From NCBI GenBank assembly GCA_050299695.1, contig JBNKWI010000001.1:31662-95661 (forward strand): a stretch of DNA of 64,000 bases. The letters are read 5' to 3'. Positions within the stretch are counted from its first letter, which is position 1, and every line of letters begins with the position of its first letter. The position numbers and the translations under genes are program-made. Shown here piece after piece: positions 48,425-58,934 of the stretch. Source of the DNA: Paracoccaceae bacterium (GTDB lineage: Bacteria; Pseudomonadota; Alphaproteobacteria; Rhodobacterales; Rhodobacteraceae). The notes under the pieces were generated by a model. That model saw only the letters and a list, made by a program, of their open reading frames with translations. It did not search any database and had not been told where the DNA came from.

Positions 48425-48943
48425 CTATTCTTCCGCCGGGGGCGGCGGCGCCGCGGGCGTGGCCACGCCCAACCTTCTGAATCGTTCGAGCTCCTGGTGC
48501 TGGTCGAGCGACTGGCTCTCGTAGGCGCCATAGTAGAGGTTCACGTTGAACGCGCGCTCGAGAACCCGCCCGTCATTGGCCTTGCGGAAGGCCAGATCCT
48601 CGGTGGCCAGCGCCGAACGGATGTCGGGGGACACTCCGTTCCGCGTGGCATAGGCAACGAGCGCGCCATCGGTGCCGCCCCGGTTCGTCGCAGCTGCGTT
48701 GCCGCCGAGCGCGGCCACCGCGTCGGCCTCGGGCCGCGCGTCGGCGAGGTTCGCGCCGCCCGGCGTCGGCGCCGGGAGTGCGGCCATGTCGGCCGGCATC
48801 TCCAGTGGCCGCGTCGGCAGGACCGAGAACTCGTCCGGCCCGTCGCTCGCGGGGACCACCAGAAGATCCGGCGTGCCGCGGGCACAACCCGCCAGCGCCA
48901 GCGCGCAGCCCAGTATGATCGTTGCCCGTCCTATGCCCGTCAT
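48425..48943 (-). CDS. DUF3035 family lipoprotein
   Basis: Lipobox LAGC; GPDEFSVLPTRPLEMP, LPAPTPG. Confidence 0.85.
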   Translation of the reverse strand: MTGIGRATIILGCALALAGCARGTPDLLVVPASDGPDEFSVLPTRPLEMPADMAALPAPTPGGANLADARPEADAVAALGGNAAATNRGGTDGALVAYATRNGVSPDIRSALATEDLAFRKANDGRVLERAFNVNLYYGAYESQSLDQHQELERFRRLGVATPAAPPPPAEE

Positions 48944-48968
48944 CGGCCCTCCCGGTCTCCCGCGCCTT

Positions 48969-49460
48969 CTAGCCGCTTTTGTCGGCCGCGTCACGCGCTC
49001 CGCTCCGGCCGGTGAAGAGGATCAGCCCGACCGCGCCCGCGAAGATCGCGATGTCCGCCACGTTGAACGACGAGGGGTTTTCCCAGCCGCAGCAGGACAT
49101 GTTGAGAAAATCCGCCACGGCGCCGTAGATCACCCGGTCGATCACGTTGCCGAGCGCCCCGCCCACGAGGAGCCCCGCCGAGATCCGCGACCAGAGGCCC
49201 TCGGGCTCGCGCCGGACCCACCAGACAACCCAGCCCACGATCGCCAGCGCCAGGACGACGAAGCCCCAGCGCACGAGCTCGCTGTGGGAGGCGAACAGGC
49301 CGAAATTGATGCCCCGGTTCCAGGCCATGCGGAAATTCAGGTAGGGCGGCAAGACGTCGAGGGATTTGACGTCGTCCAGTCCCATGAGGTGCACGATGAC
49401 GATCTTCGACAGCTGGTCGAGGCAAAAGACCGCCAGTGCCACCAGTGCCATCACCCGCAT
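48969..49460 (-). CDS. lspA: Lipoprotein signal peptidase II
   Basis: DQLSK, NRGINFG, GALGNVIDR, VADF, FNVAD. Confidence 0.95.
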   Translation of the reverse strand: MRVMALVALAVFCLDQLSKIVIVHLMGLDDVKSLDVLPPYLNFRMAWNRGINFGLFASHSELVRWGFVVLALAIVGWVVWWVRREPEGLWSRISAGLLVGGALGNVIDRVIYGAVADFLNMSCCGWENPSSFNVADIAIFAGAVGLILFTGRSGARDAADKSG

Positions 49461-49593
49461 GTTTCGCCCGCTCCCAAACCGTTCCCGAGCCATAGCGGCC
49501 CCGGCGCCACGCGCAACCCTCGCGTTCCGCCTCCTTCCCTTTCGGGAGTGGACGAGCGGCAACCCGGCGTCTCGTCGTCAATGGCACGCGACC

Positions 49594-51180
49594 TCAGTGC
49601 CGGAAGTGCCGCATGCCGGTGAACACCATGGCGAGGCCGGCATCGTCCGCCGCCGCGATCACCTCGTCGTCGCGCATCGAGCCGCCGGGCTGGATCACAG
49701 CCGTCGCCCCGGCCTCGGCCAGCGTCAGGAGCCCGTCGGGGAACGGAAAGAACGCGTCCGAGGCCACCGCCGACCCGATGGTCGGTGCCTCGGCCATGCC
49801 CAGCATCTCGGCCATGTCGCCCGCCTTCCGTGCCGCGATCCGCGCCGAGTCCACCCGGCTCATCTGTCCCGCGCCGATCCCCACCGTCGCGCCGCCCTTG
49901 GCATAGACGATGGCGTTCGACTTCACATGCTTCGCCACGGTCCAGGCGAACATGAGATCCGCCATCTCCGCCTCGGTCGGCGCGCGCTTCGTCACCACCT
50001 TCAGTTCCCCGCCGGTCAGCGCGGCGTCGCGATCCTGCACCAGGAACCCGCCCGAGACCTGCTTGATCGCCAGCCCTGGCGCCGCGGGATCGGCCAGTGC
50101 GCCGGTGGTCAGGAGGCGGAGGTTCTTCTTCGCCGCGAAGACCGCCACGGCGTCGGCATCCGCCTCGGGCGCGATCACCACTTCGGTGAAGATCTCGCAG
50201 ATCTCCTCGGCCGTCTCCCGGTCGAGCGCCCGGTTCAGCGCCACGATCCCGCCGAAGGCCGAGACCCGGTCGCAATCGTAGGCCTTCTTGTAGGCCTCCA
50301 GAACGCTCCCACCGCGCGCCACGCCGCAGGGGTTCGCGTGCTTGATGATCGCGCAGGCTGGCCCGTCGGCGGGCAGGAATTCCGACACCAGCTCGAACGC
50401 CGCATCGGTGTCGTTGATGTTGTTGTAGGAAAGCTGCTTGCCCTGCACCTGCCGTGCGGTCGCGACGCCCGGCCGGTTCTCGGCCGTCAGATAGATCGAG
50501 GCCTGCTGGTGCGGGTTCTCGCCGTAGCGCAGCCCCTGCGCCAGCGTACCGGCGAAGGCGCGGCGGCGCGGCGCGGTGTCGCCGAGCGCGGCGGCCATCC
50601 AAGAGGACACTGCCGCGTCATAGGCGCCGGTCCGGGCATAGGCCCTCGCCGCCATGCCCTGCCGGAACGGATAGGAGGTCGCACCGCCCTGCGCCTCCAG
50701 CTCGGCCAGCACCGCGCCGTAATCCTCGGTATCGGTGACCACCGTCGTAAAGGCGTGGTTCTTGGCGCCCGCACGGATCATCGCCGGGCCGCCGATGTCG
50801 ATATTCTCGATGCAGGCGTCGTAGTCCGCGCCCTTCGCCACCGTCGCCTCGAACGGGTAGAGGTTCACCACCAGAAGGTCGATCGCCGCGATATCGTGTT
50901 CTGCCATGGCCGCCGCATGCTCCGGGTTGTCCCGGAGCGCCAGAAGCCCGCCATGCACCTTGGGATGCAGCGTCTTTACCCGCCCGTCCATCATCTCCGG
51001 AAAACCGGTCAGATCGGAGACGTCCCGCACCGCCAGCCCTGCGGCGCGGAGCGCCGTGGCGGTGCCGCCGGTGGAGACCAACTCCACGCCGCGCGTGGCG
51101 AGCGCCTCTGCGAAGGGCACCAGCCCGGTCTTGTCGGAAACGGAAATCAGCGCGCGTTTCAGCGGTACCAGTTCGGCCAT
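49594..51180 (-). CDS. purH: Bifunctional AICAR transformylase/IMP cyclohydrolase
   Basis: [36 protein letters not shown]. Confidence 0.98.
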   Translation of the reverse strand: MAELVPLKRALISVSDKTGLVPFAEALATRGVELVSTGGTATALRAAGLAVRDVSDLTGFPEMMDGRVKTLHPKVHGGLLALRDNPEHAAAMAEHDIAAIDLLVVNLYPFEATVAKGADYDACIENIDIGGPAMIRAGAKNHAFTTVVTDTEDYGAVLAELEAQGGATSYPFRQGMAARAYARTGAYDAAVSSWMAAALGDTAPRRRAFAGTLAQGLRYGENPHQQASIYLTAENRPGVATARQVQGKQLSYNNINDTDAAFELVSEFLPADGPACAIIKHANPCGVARGGSVLEAYKKAYDCDRVSAFGGIVALNRALDRETAEEICEIFTEVVIAPEADADAVAVFAAKKNLRLLTTGALADPAAPGLAIKQVSGGFLVQDRDAALTGGELKVVTKRAPTEAEMADLMFAWTVAKHVKSNAIVYAKGGATVGIGAGQMSRVDSARIAARKAGDMAEMLGMAEAPTIGSAVASDAFFPFPDGLLTLAEAGATAVIQPGGSMRDDEVIAAADDAGLAMVFTGMRHFRH

Positions 51181-51198
51181 GTCACCCCCGGGCGGTCG

Positions 51199-52989
51199 TC
51201 AGCGGTCGCTCGCGGCCAGGTCCTCTTCGGTCACGTGGTCGCGGATATGCGCGGGGGTATCCTGTGCCTTGGCCAAGGTCCAGCCGATACGGCTGCCATA
51301 GCCCGTCGCCACCGATGACAGCACCACCTGCTTCGTTGCCCTGGGCGAGAGCCGCCCGCGTTCGAGATAAACCGAGGGCGCCAGCGTCAGTTCCGCTGCG
51401 CCGTCGTGACGGAACACCCAGATCTCGCCCGACTTCAGCGCCATCGACACCGCCGTCCCGCCCATGTCGAGCGCCGCCTGCACGTCGGGATGCAGGTGGA
51501 ACCGCACCGCGAATGGCACGCCCACACCGCCCGCCCGATCGAACACCTTGTCGAAGATCGCTTCGGCCTCCGGCGTCAGCGCCGAAAGCGAATCGTCCCC
51601 GATCAGGCTGCGCCCGTCCGAGGCCAGCTCCAGCCGCCGATGATGGATCAGCCCATGCGTGCGCAGGTAGCCGTCATGGCTAAGCACCAGCGCCGCGATA
51701 TCCTCGTCGCGCTTCGAGCAGGTCACATCCTTCGGCCCGTCGAGCAGGAGCTCGGTCTTCCGCCCGGCGATGAAACCGTGCCCACCCAGCCGCGAGGAGG
51801 AATAGCCCTCGATCGCCAACGTCGAATGCGACGGCGTCGCGCGCCCCGCACGCCGCCAGTTCGACCCGAAGGTCTTGCCCGACCCGCAATTCACGATCAC
51901 CGGCCGACGACCGCTCGTCAGCTCGAATGCGAGCGTCGAGGCGTGCCCGTCGAGCGAATGGATGTCGTGCGGCGGCTGCGCGGCGTCGATGATCGCGGTG
52001 GTGCGGCCGTGTGAGAGCCGCGCGAAGCCCATAGACAGGCCCTTGTGCCGCATGTGCCTTATGCCCGAGGCCGCCAGCGCCTGGTCGAGCCGCCCGTCGA
52101 GGCCGCGCCCCCCGCCATGGAACCGCGCCAGCCCGCCGTCGGCATGGCGCAGCGTCCTGAGCGTCGGCGCGATCCGCTGCACCGCGCTGACGAGCGGTTC
52201 GGGCGGCGTCTTCCCGGCTTCGGCCAGCGCATCCACCGTCCAGGTCAAGAGCACGAAAACGTCGAGGAGCTCCTCCGGATTGCGCGAGGGAATTCCGCCC
52301 TCCTCGTCGATCCGCGCCGCACATTCCCGCGCGATCGCCTTCACCGCAGGGGTCAGGTGCCGTTCCATCCCGGCGAGCGACAGGGCGCCCTGAATCAGCC
52401 CGGCCAGCGCCTCGAACCGGGGCAGGCCGGGATCCGCCGCCTTCCAGCGCCTTGCGAGAAAATTCGTCTGCCGGGACAAGGCCTTGAAGAAGACCTCCCC
52501 GGTTTTCGTCTCGGCCCCGTTCAGCAGGAGCACCGCGTGGCACAGCCAGCGCAGGAGCCGCCGCCCGGTCAGGTCGGGATGCCAGCCCGGCCCGGCGCCG
52601 CGCCCAAAGCGGGCCACCCAGTCATGGGTCCATTGCTGCGCCCGGTGCCGCGCGCCGAGATCGCCCACTGCCGCCAGATCGTCGAGCCACTCGAACCCGT
52701 GAACCTCCATCTCGAAGGCCTCGTCGGGCATCGGCAGGTCCCAGATCTCCGCCTCGGGTGCCTCGACGAGATAGCCCGCGAACAGGAAATTCCCCGCGCA
52801 AAGCTGCCGTCCCCGGTTGAAACTGCCAATCGTCCTGGGTTCCGGCTGGCTGGTGAACGCCTTCGCGCGCCGGCCAAGACCCGCGCCCCGCGCGTGAATC
52901 CGGTTCATGGCGCGCCAGCGGCGCGAACTCCAGTCGTGCGTCTCGGACACGGGTCTCAGATCCTGCCTCGGCGCCGGTGGATCCGGCAC
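51199..52989 (-). CDS. Heparinase II/III family protein (start may be 52950)
   Basis: HASTLAFELTSG, VNCG, RATPSHST, HDGY, RFHLHP; usual rsmB-heparinase-purH order. Confidence 0.85.
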   Translation of the reverse strand: MPDPPAPRQDLRPVSETHDWSSRRWRAMNRIHARGAGLGRRAKAFTSQPEPRTIGSFNRGRQLCAGNFLFAGYLVEAPEAEIWDLPMPDEAFEMEVHGFEWLDDLAAVGDLGARHRAQQWTHDWVARFGRGAGPGWHPDLTGRRLLRWLCHAVLLLNGAETKTGEVFFKALSRQTNFLARRWKAADPGLPRFEALAGLIQGALSLAGMERHLTPAVKAIARECAARIDEEGGIPSRNPEELLDVFVLLTWTVDALAEAGKTPPEPLVSAVQRIAPTLRTLRHADGGLARFHGGGRGLDGRLDQALAASGIRHMRHKGLSMGFARLSHGRTTAIIDAAQPPHDIHSLDGHASTLAFELTSGRRPVIVNCGSGKTFGSNWRRAGRATPSHSTLAIEGYSSSRLGGHGFIAGRKTELLLDGPKDVTCSKRDEDIAALVLSHDGYLRTHGLIHHRRLELASDGRSLIGDDSLSALTPEAEAIFDKVFDRAGGVGVPFAVRFHLHPDVQAALDMGGTAVSMALKSGEIWVFRHDGAAELTLAPSVYLERGRLSPRATKQVVLSSVATGYGSRIGWTLAKAQDTPAHIRDHVTEEDLAASDR

Positions 52990-53029
52990 GCATTGTAGTG
53001 GTGAAGTGTAACCCCTTGCGCCGCCGCTG

Positions 53030-54319
53030 TCATCGGCTGCCTGCGCCCCCGGCGGGCTTTCGCAGGGCGGCCACGAAAAACCCGTCTATCCCGCCCCGCA
53101 CCGGCCAGTAATCCGGCCGGAGCCGCAGCCCCTCTGCTCCGATCCATTCGGGCTCGATCCCCGGCAGCGCCAGCGCGTCCCGGTCGAGTTCCAGCGCCGG
53201 ATGCCGGGCCAGCGCCTCTCTCACCTGCCCCTCACCCTCCTCGGGCAGCAGCGAACAGGTGCAGAACACCAGCCGCCCGCCCGGCGCCAACATCTCCAGC
53301 GCCCGGTCGATCAGCTTCGCTTGCAAGGCGGCGAGGTCCTTGAGCCCGCTTGCGTCCTTGGCATGCGGCAGGTCCGGATGCCGCCGGATCGTCCCCGTCG
53401 CCGAACAGGGCGCATCGAGCAGCACCGCGTCGAACGGTGCCTCGGGCGCCCAGTCGAGCGCATCGGCCACCACGATCTCCGCCTTGAACCCGCAGCGCGC
53501 GAGGTTCTCCGAAACCCGCGCTATCCGCGCCTCGGAAATGTCGAGCGCGGAAACATGCGCGCCAGCATCCGCTAGCTGCAAGGTCTTGCCGCCCGGCGCC
53601 GCGCAGAGGTCGAGCACCCGCTCGCCGGACTTCGCCCCCAGCGCCCGCGCCGGCAGGGCCGCGGCCGCGTCCTGCACCCACCATTGCCCTGCCTCGTAGC
53701 CCGGCAGAAGTGACACCTGCCCCGGCGCCGCCAGCCGCAAGCTCCCCGTCGGCAGCAGTTCAGCACCTATGGCCCCGGCCAGGTCCAACGGCGCGCGCCG
53801 TGCCGGCGTCAGGTCCAGCGGCGCACCCGCCGCATGGGCCGCCTCCATCGCCGCGACCGCCGTTTTGCCCCAGGACGCGACCAAGGGCTTCCGCAGCCAC
53901 TTCGGCAGTTCCGGCACCGGCAGCGCATCCCAGTCGGGCGGCGCGGCCGCGATCTTCCGCAGGATCGCGTTCACCAGACCCGCCTGCCCCTGTGTCTCCT
54001 CCCGCTCGCGCACCAGCGCGACCGCGGCATTCACCACGCCATGGGCCGGCGCGCCCTCGCCAAGCATCTCCCAGAGCGCCAGCCGCAAGGCGCCATGCGT
54101 CCGCACCCGGGGTTTCAGCCGCAGATGCGGCCCCAGCACCCGGTCGGCCCGCTGCGCCCAGCGCAAGGTGTCGGCCGCCAGCCGCTCTGCCCGCGCCCGC
54201 GCCTCGGGCACCAGCCCCGGCGGCAGCCGCAGTTCGCTCAGAAGCCGCCCCCCGCCCGTCACCCCGTCGATCAGATCGAGCGCCGCGCGGCGCGCGTCGA
54301 GACCCTGCGGCTCCTGCAT
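53030..54319 (-). CDS. rsmB: RsmB/NOP family RNA m5C methyltransferase with NusB-like N-terminus
   Basis: VQD, DLCAAPGGKT, LDAPCSATG, FCTCS. Confidence 0.88.
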   Translation of the reverse strand: MQEPQGLDARRAALDLIDGVTGGGRLLSELRLPPGLVPEARARAERLAADTLRWAQRADRVLGPHLRLKPRVRTHGALRLALWEMLGEGAPAHGVVNAAVALVREREETQGQAGLVNAILRKIAAAPPDWDALPVPELPKWLRKPLVASWGKTAVAAMEAAHAAGAPLDLTPARRAPLDLAGAIGAELLPTGSLRLAAPGQVSLLPGYEAGQWWVQDAAAALPARALGAKSGERVLDLCAAPGGKTLQLADAGAHVSALDISEARIARVSENLARCGFKAEIVVADALDWAPEAPFDAVLLDAPCSATGTIRRHPDLPHAKDASGLKDLAALQAKLIDRALEMLAPGGRLVFCTCSLLPEEGEGQVREALARHPALELDRDALALPGIEPEWIGAEGLRLRPDYWPVRGGIDGFFVAALRKPAGGAGSR

Positions 54320-54380
54320 CCTATCCCTTCCTTGCGACCGGCCCCGCGCGGGGTATATCAAGGCAGGCGACGGAACAAGG

Positions 54381-54572
54381 ATGGCCGAGCCCGTGGATAC
54401 GCCGGAGAAACCCGACCTTCCCCCTGCGGCGCAACGTGCGCTTGCCGAGGCGGAAGCGCGCCGCAAGGCGGCCAAGGCGCCCGATCTGCCGCCCGAACTG
54501 GGCGGCCGCGACGGGCCCGAACCGGTTCGCTATGGCGACTGGGAGAAGAAGGGTATTGCCGTCGACTTCTGA
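54381..54572 (+). CDS. DUF1674 protein (SDHAF4/Sdh8-like)
   Basis: ELGGRDGPEPVRYGDWEKKGIAVDF. Confidence 0.92.
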   Translation: MAEPVDTPEKPDLPPAAQRALAEAEARRKAAKAPDLPPELGGRDGPEPVRYGDWEKKGIAVDF

Positions 54573-54581
54573 GCCGCGCGC

Positions 54582-55394
54582 TCAGCGCAGCCCGAGAACG
54601 TCCACCATGTCGTAGCGCCCGGGCTTCTGCCCCTGGCCCCAGAGCGCCGCCCTGAGCGCGCCGCGCGCGAAGATCGACCGGTCGGTCGCCACATGCCGCA
54701 GGATCAGCCGTTCGCCCGCGCCCGCGAAGATCACGTCGTGCTCGCCCACCACGTCGCCGCCACGGAGCGCCGCGAAGCCGATCGCGCCCGCGTTGCGCGC
54801 CCCGGTAATCCCGTCGCGCCCGCGCTCGGCCACCGCCGCAAGCGCGACGCCGCGCCCCTCCGCCGCCGCCTCGCCCAGCATCAGCGCCGTGCCCGAGGGC
54901 GCATCGACCTTGTGCCGGTGATGCATTTCCAAGATCTCGATATCGAATTCCGGGCCGAGCGCCTCGGCCACCTTGCGCGTCAGGATCGTCAGGAGATTCA
55001 CACCGAGGCTCATGTTCCCCGCCTGCACGATCACCGCATGGCGCGACGCGGGCTCGAGCGCGGCAAGCTGTGCCTCGGTGAGCCCCGTCGTCCCGATCAC
55101 ATGGACCGCGCGCGTCTGCGCCGCCAGTGCCGCATAGTCGAGCGAGGCCGCGGGCGACGTGAAATCCAGGACCGCCTGCGCGGCCGCGAAAGGCTCGAGC
55201 GGATCGTCCGTCACCTTCACGCCCAGTGTCGCGCCGCCCATCGCCTCACCCAGATCGCGGCCGATCCAGGCATGGCCCGCCCGGTCCACCGCGCCCACCA
55301 GACGCGCGTCGGGGCTCTCAAGCACGGTTCGGATCAGCATCTGCCCCATCCGCCCCGAGGCCCCTGTCACCACGATCCCCGGCTTCTCCGTCAT
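54582..55394 (-). CDS. dapB: 4-hydroxy-tetrahydrodipicolinate reductase
   Basis: [27 protein letters not shown]. Confidence 0.97.
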   Translation of the reverse strand: MTEKPGIVVTGASGRMGQMLIRTVLESPDARLVGAVDRAGHAWIGRDLGEAMGGATLGVKVTDDPLEPFAAAQAVLDFTSPAASLDYAALAAQTRAVHVIGTTGLTEAQLAALEPASRHAVIVQAGNMSLGVNLLTILTRKVAEALGPEFDIEILEMHHRHKVDAPSGTALMLGEAAAEGRGVALAAVAERGRDGITGARNAGAIGFAALRGGDVVGEHDVIFAGAGERLILRHVATDRSIFARGALRAALWGQGQKPGRYDMVDVLGLR

Positions 55395-55458
55395 CGCTCG
55401 CGCCCTTCCCGCTACCGGCGCTCTCCTTACCGCGCCGCGCCCGCAGCGCAAACCCCGC

Positions 55459-55493
55459 TTGCGACCCGCCGCGCGCTGGCCTAGATCGGAAGC
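55459..55493 (+). promoter_or_regulatory. Sigma70-type promoter placing +1 on the rbfA ATG (leaderless)
   Basis: TTGCGA-N17-TAGATC-N6-ATG. Confidence 0.55.
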
Positions 55494-55892
55494 ATGCCCA
55501 GGACCCGCTCCACACCCGGTTCCGGCCCCTCGCAACGCCAGCTTCGCGTCGGAGAACTGATCCGGCGCCGGCTCTCGGAGGTGCTGGCCCGCGGCGACAT
55601 TCACGACCCGGACCTCAACGCGATTTCGATCACGGTGAGCGAGGTGCGCGCCTCGCCCGACCTCAAGCTCGCAACGGTCTATCTCCTGCCGCTCGGCGGC
55701 CGCGAACCCGAGACCGCGCTGGCCGCGCTCAAGCGCAACCGTGCCGAGATCCGCCGCACCGTCGCCAAGGGGCTGGAGCTCAAGTTCGCGCCCGAGCTGC
55801 GCTTCGTCCTCGACGACACGTTTGACCGGATGGATGAGGCGCGCCGGCTCTTCTCGCAGGATACCGTGCGCCGCGATGTGGAAAGCGACTAG
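55494..55892 (+). CDS. rbfA: Ribosome-binding factor A
   Basis: [29 protein letters not shown]. Confidence 0.96.
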   Translation: MPRTRSTPGSGPSQRQLRVGELIRRRLSEVLARGDIHDPDLNAISITVSEVRASPDLKLATVYLLPLGGREPETALAALKRNRAEIRRTVAKGLELKFAPELRFVLDDTFDRMDEARRLFSQDTVRRDVESD

Positions 55893-56610
55893 CCTCGCCC
55901 TGGCGCTCGTCTGGGGTGCCAGCGCAGATGCCGCCACCTGCCGCTCGGACGTCTTCGAAGACCTGCCGTACACCGCCTGTGAGGTCGATCCCGCCGCGGA
56001 AACGCTTCGGCTCTGGTACCTCGCCCCCGACGGCCAGGTCTTCGGCACGTTCGACCGGCTCGAGGCCGCTCTAGCGCTCGACGGCGAAAAACTCGGCTTC
56101 GCCATGAACGGCGCCATGTATCACCAGGACCGGAGCCCGGTCGGCCTCTATATCGAGGACGGCCAGGAGATTTCGCACCTCGTCACCTCTGCCGGACCAG
56201 GCAATTTCGGGATGCTGCCGAACGGCGTGTTCTGTATCGGCGAAGGCTGGGCCAAGGTGCTGGAAACCCTCGACTACGACCGCACGCGCCCCGCCTGCCG
56301 CTACGCCGCGCAAGCCGGACCGATGCTGGCGGTCGGCGGCGCGCTCCACCCCCGCTTTCTGGAGAACGGCACCTCACGCTACATCCGGAACGGGGTCGGC
56401 GTCCGCCCCGACGGCACCGTGGTCTTTGCGATCACCGACGCCCCGGTGAACTTTCACCGTTTCGCGCGCCTGTTCCGCGACCGTCTCGGAACGCCCGACG
56501 CGCTCTATATCGACGGCAAGGTCTCGCGGCTCTACGCTCCCGATCTCGGCCGACACGATATCGGCTTCCCGCTCGGCCCGCTTGTCGGCACGGTCGTCCC
56601 TGCCCGGTAA
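55876..56610 (+). CDS. Phosphodiester glycosidase family (DUF2233/YigE-like) exported protein
   Basis: [32 protein letters not shown]. Confidence 0.85.
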   Translation: MWKATSLALALVWGASADAATCRSDVFEDLPYTACEVDPAAETLRLWYLAPDGQVFGTFDRLEAALALDGEKLGFAMNGAMYHQDRSPVGLYIEDGQEISHLVTSAGPGNFGMLPNGVFCIGEGWAKVLETLDYDRTRPACRYAAQAGPMLAVGGALHPRFLENGTSRYIRNGVGVRPDGTVVFAITDAPVNFHRFARLFRDRLGTPDALYIDGKVSRLYAPDLGRHDIGFPLGPLVGTVVPAR

Positions 56611-56632
56611 CGACCGCGCCACGCGGCGGGTC

Positions 56633-57649
56633 TCACTCCCAGCCGACCTCGTTGAAGATTTCCTGAGCCAGCGGAATGTTCTTCGCCACCGCCGAAAGGC
56701 TGACCTCGTCGGCCTTGAACGGCCCCAGCTTTTCCACCGATTCCGCCTGCGGCACGCCAGCCACCGCCGGATACTCGTCATTGCCGTGCGAGAAATAGAT
56801 CTGCGCGCTGTCCGAGGCGAGATATTCGAGGAACGCCACCGCGGCCTCCCGGTGCGGCGCATGGGCGGCGACGCCGGCACCCGAAAGGTTCACATGCGCG
56901 CCGTTGCCGTCCTGGTCGGGGAATACCCAGCCGATCTTGTCGAGCCCCTCGGTCACGCCCTCCACGTCGGTCCGAAGCGCGCGGGCGAAATAATAGGTAT
57001 TCGACACCGCGATCCCGCATTCGCCCGAGACGAGCCCCCTGAGCTGGTCTGTATCGCCGCCCTGCGGATCGCGCGCCATGTTGGCGACGATGCCCGCGGC
57101 CCAGGCCTTGGCCTTCTCCGCGCCCTCGTGCTCGATGATCGAGGCGAGGAGCGTCTGGTTGTAGGTGTTGGTCGAGGAGCGAATGCAGACCAGCCCCTTG
57201 TAGGCCGGGTCGGCGAGTGCGGCATAGGTCAGCGGCGGCTCGGTCACGCGGTCCTTGTAGTAGAAGATCACCCGCGCCCGCTGCGAAAAGCCGAACCATT
57301 CGTTCTCGGCGTCCTGGAGCTTGGCCGGGATCCGCTCCTCCAGCACCGCACTCTCGACCGGCTGCAGGATCCCGGCATTCTTCGCCCGTTCCATCCGCGA
57401 GGTGTCGACCGCGATGAAGACATCGGCCGGGCTGTTTTGCCCCTCGGCCACCATCCGCGCGATCAACTCGTCGGCATCGCCCTCGATCCGGTTCACCACG
57501 ATGCCGGTCTTTTCAGTAAACTCGCCATAGAGCTGCTCGTCGGTGTCGTAGTGGCGGGACGAATAGATGTTGACCTCTTCGGCGACGGCTTGCCCCGACA
57601 GGGCGGCCGACAGGGCCAGGATGGAGGCGAAAGACTCGAGGCGCGGCAT
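56633..57649 (-). CDS. Fe(3+) ABC transporter substrate-binding protein (FbpA/FutA-like)
   Basis: YSSRHYDTD, SPAD, YNQ, GGDTDQ, NTYY. Confidence 0.92.
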   Translation of the reverse strand: MPRLESFASILALSAALSGQAVAEEVNIYSSRHYDTDEQLYGEFTEKTGIVVNRIEGDADELIARMVAEGQNSPADVFIAVDTSRMERAKNAGILQPVESAVLEERIPAKLQDAENEWFGFSQRARVIFYYKDRVTEPPLTYAALADPAYKGLVCIRSSTNTYNQTLLASIIEHEGAEKAKAWAAGIVANMARDPQGGDTDQLRGLVSGECGIAVSNTYYFARALRTDVEGVTEGLDKIGWVFPDQDGNGAHVNLSGAGVAAHAPHREAAVAFLEYLASDSAQIYFSHGNDEYPAVAGVPQAESVEKLGPFKADEVSLSAVAKNIPLAQEIFNEVGWE

Positions 57650-57672
57650 GGGTTTCTCCAACGGTATCTAAA

Positions 57673-57693
57673 TTCCGAGTGCATTACTCGGAA
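57673..57693. promoter_or_regulatory. Palindromic operator, Iron-Rhodo-box/Rrf2-like
   Basis: TTCCGAGT-GCATT-ACTCGGAA, 24 bp upstream of the Fe-binding protein start. Confidence 0.7.
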
Positions 57694-57720
57694 ATACCAC
57701 TGGCGAGGTCAAGCAGAAAG

Positions 57721-57737
57721 GTGACAGTTTCAGTCAG
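57721..57737. promoter_or_regulatory. Second Iron-Rhodo-box-like site
   Basis: GTGACAGTTTCAGTCAG (TGAC-N7-GTCA dyad). Confidence 0.55.
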
Positions 57738-58855
57738 ATATGTGCAGTTGCAGTCGCATCATACCCATAGAGCCAGTCGAACCGTCGAAGAGCCGCACCC
57801 GGCGCAAGCCGCCCGGCAAGACGCAGCGCATTGTGCGCAAGCACGCGACGCGGGCCCGTCAGATGATAGTTGCGCGCGTTCGCCGTCGCGCCGTTCACGA
57901 CCTTGATCGCCCGCGCCCGCCGCGCCGCCTGATAGGCCGCCATCCCGGCGGCGCCGGGCGCGCGGTCGAGACAGGCGGCCAGCACCCAGGCATCCTCGAG
58001 CGCCAGGTTGGCGCCCTGGGCGAGGAAGGGCAGCGTCGGATGCGCTGCGTCGCCCAGAAGCGCCACGCGCCCCTCGGGATCGTGCCACTGCGCCGCCACC
58101 TCATGCCGGAACAGACCCCAGAGATGTACCTGCCCGACCCGGGCGAGCCAGCCCCTGACCCGCGGCTCGAACCCCGCGAAGGCCGCACGCAGCGCCGCGG
58201 GATCGTCCTCGTGGGTCCAACCCTCTTCGGCCCAGGCTCCGCGCTCCTCGACCGCGACGATGTTCCGCAGACCGCCCGCCAGCGGATAGCTCACCAGATG
58301 CCGCCCCGGCCCCATGAACACCTCCACCACCGGCGCCGCGCCCTCCTCGGCGATCACCGCCCGCCAGGCCACCTGACCGGTGAAGAACGGCGCCCCCGCA
58401 CCGTTCAGCGCGGCGCGATGCGCAGAATGGAGACCGTCGGCGGCCAGCGTGACCCCTTCGCCACCCGGATCACAGCGCGTGCCCAGCGCAATCTTGACCC
58501 CCGCCGCCCGCGCGCCCTCTTCAAGCACCCCGATCAGCCGCGCGCGATGGACCAGAAGGTAGTCGCCCGGCGCCTTCCCGAGATCGAGCCGCAGCACCAC
58601 GCGCCCCGAAGCGCCCTCGCGCAAGACGACCGCCCGCGCCTTCAGCGAAACGCGCCGCAGCGCCGCCCCGAGCCCCAGCGCGTCGATCACCCGGAGCCCG
58701 TTCGGGCTGATCTGCAACCCCGCCCCCACCTCGGCAATCTCCGGCGCCTGCTCGAAAAGCCGCACCCGCGCCCCGCGCAACGCCGCCGCCCGCGCCGTCG
58801 CGAGCCCCGCCACGCCGCCGCCGACGACGCTGATCTCGGCTCCCCGAAGCGTCAC
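57734..58855 (-). CDS. FAD-dependent monooxygenase (salicylate hydroxylase-like)
   Basis: VGGGVAG, EVGAGLQISPN, ADGLHS, LLGDAAHPTLPFLAQGAN; GTG start after GGAGG. Confidence 0.9.
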   Translation of the reverse strand: MTLRGAEISVVGGGVAGLATARAAALRGARVRLFEQAPEIAEVGAGLQISPNGLRVIDALGLGAALRRVSLKARAVVLREGASGRVVLRLDLGKAPGDYLLVHRARLIGVLEEGARAAGVKIALGTRCDPGGEGVTLAADGLHSAHRAALNGAGAPFFTGQVAWRAVIAEEGAAPVVEVFMGPGRHLVSYPLAGGLRNIVAVEERGAWAEEGWTHEDDPAALRAAFAGFEPRVRGWLARVGQVHLWGLFRHEVAAQWHDPEGRVALLGDAAHPTLPFLAQGANLALEDAWVLAACLDRAPGAAGMAAYQAARRARAIKVVNGATANARNYHLTGPRRVLAHNALRLAGRLAPGAALRRFDWLYGYDATATAHI

Positions 58856-58934
58856 GCCCGTTCCTCCCGCGCCATGCATATGCCCGAATAGCGCTATAGC
58901 GAGGCGCAGAAAGGCTCAACATCGGACTGGAACC

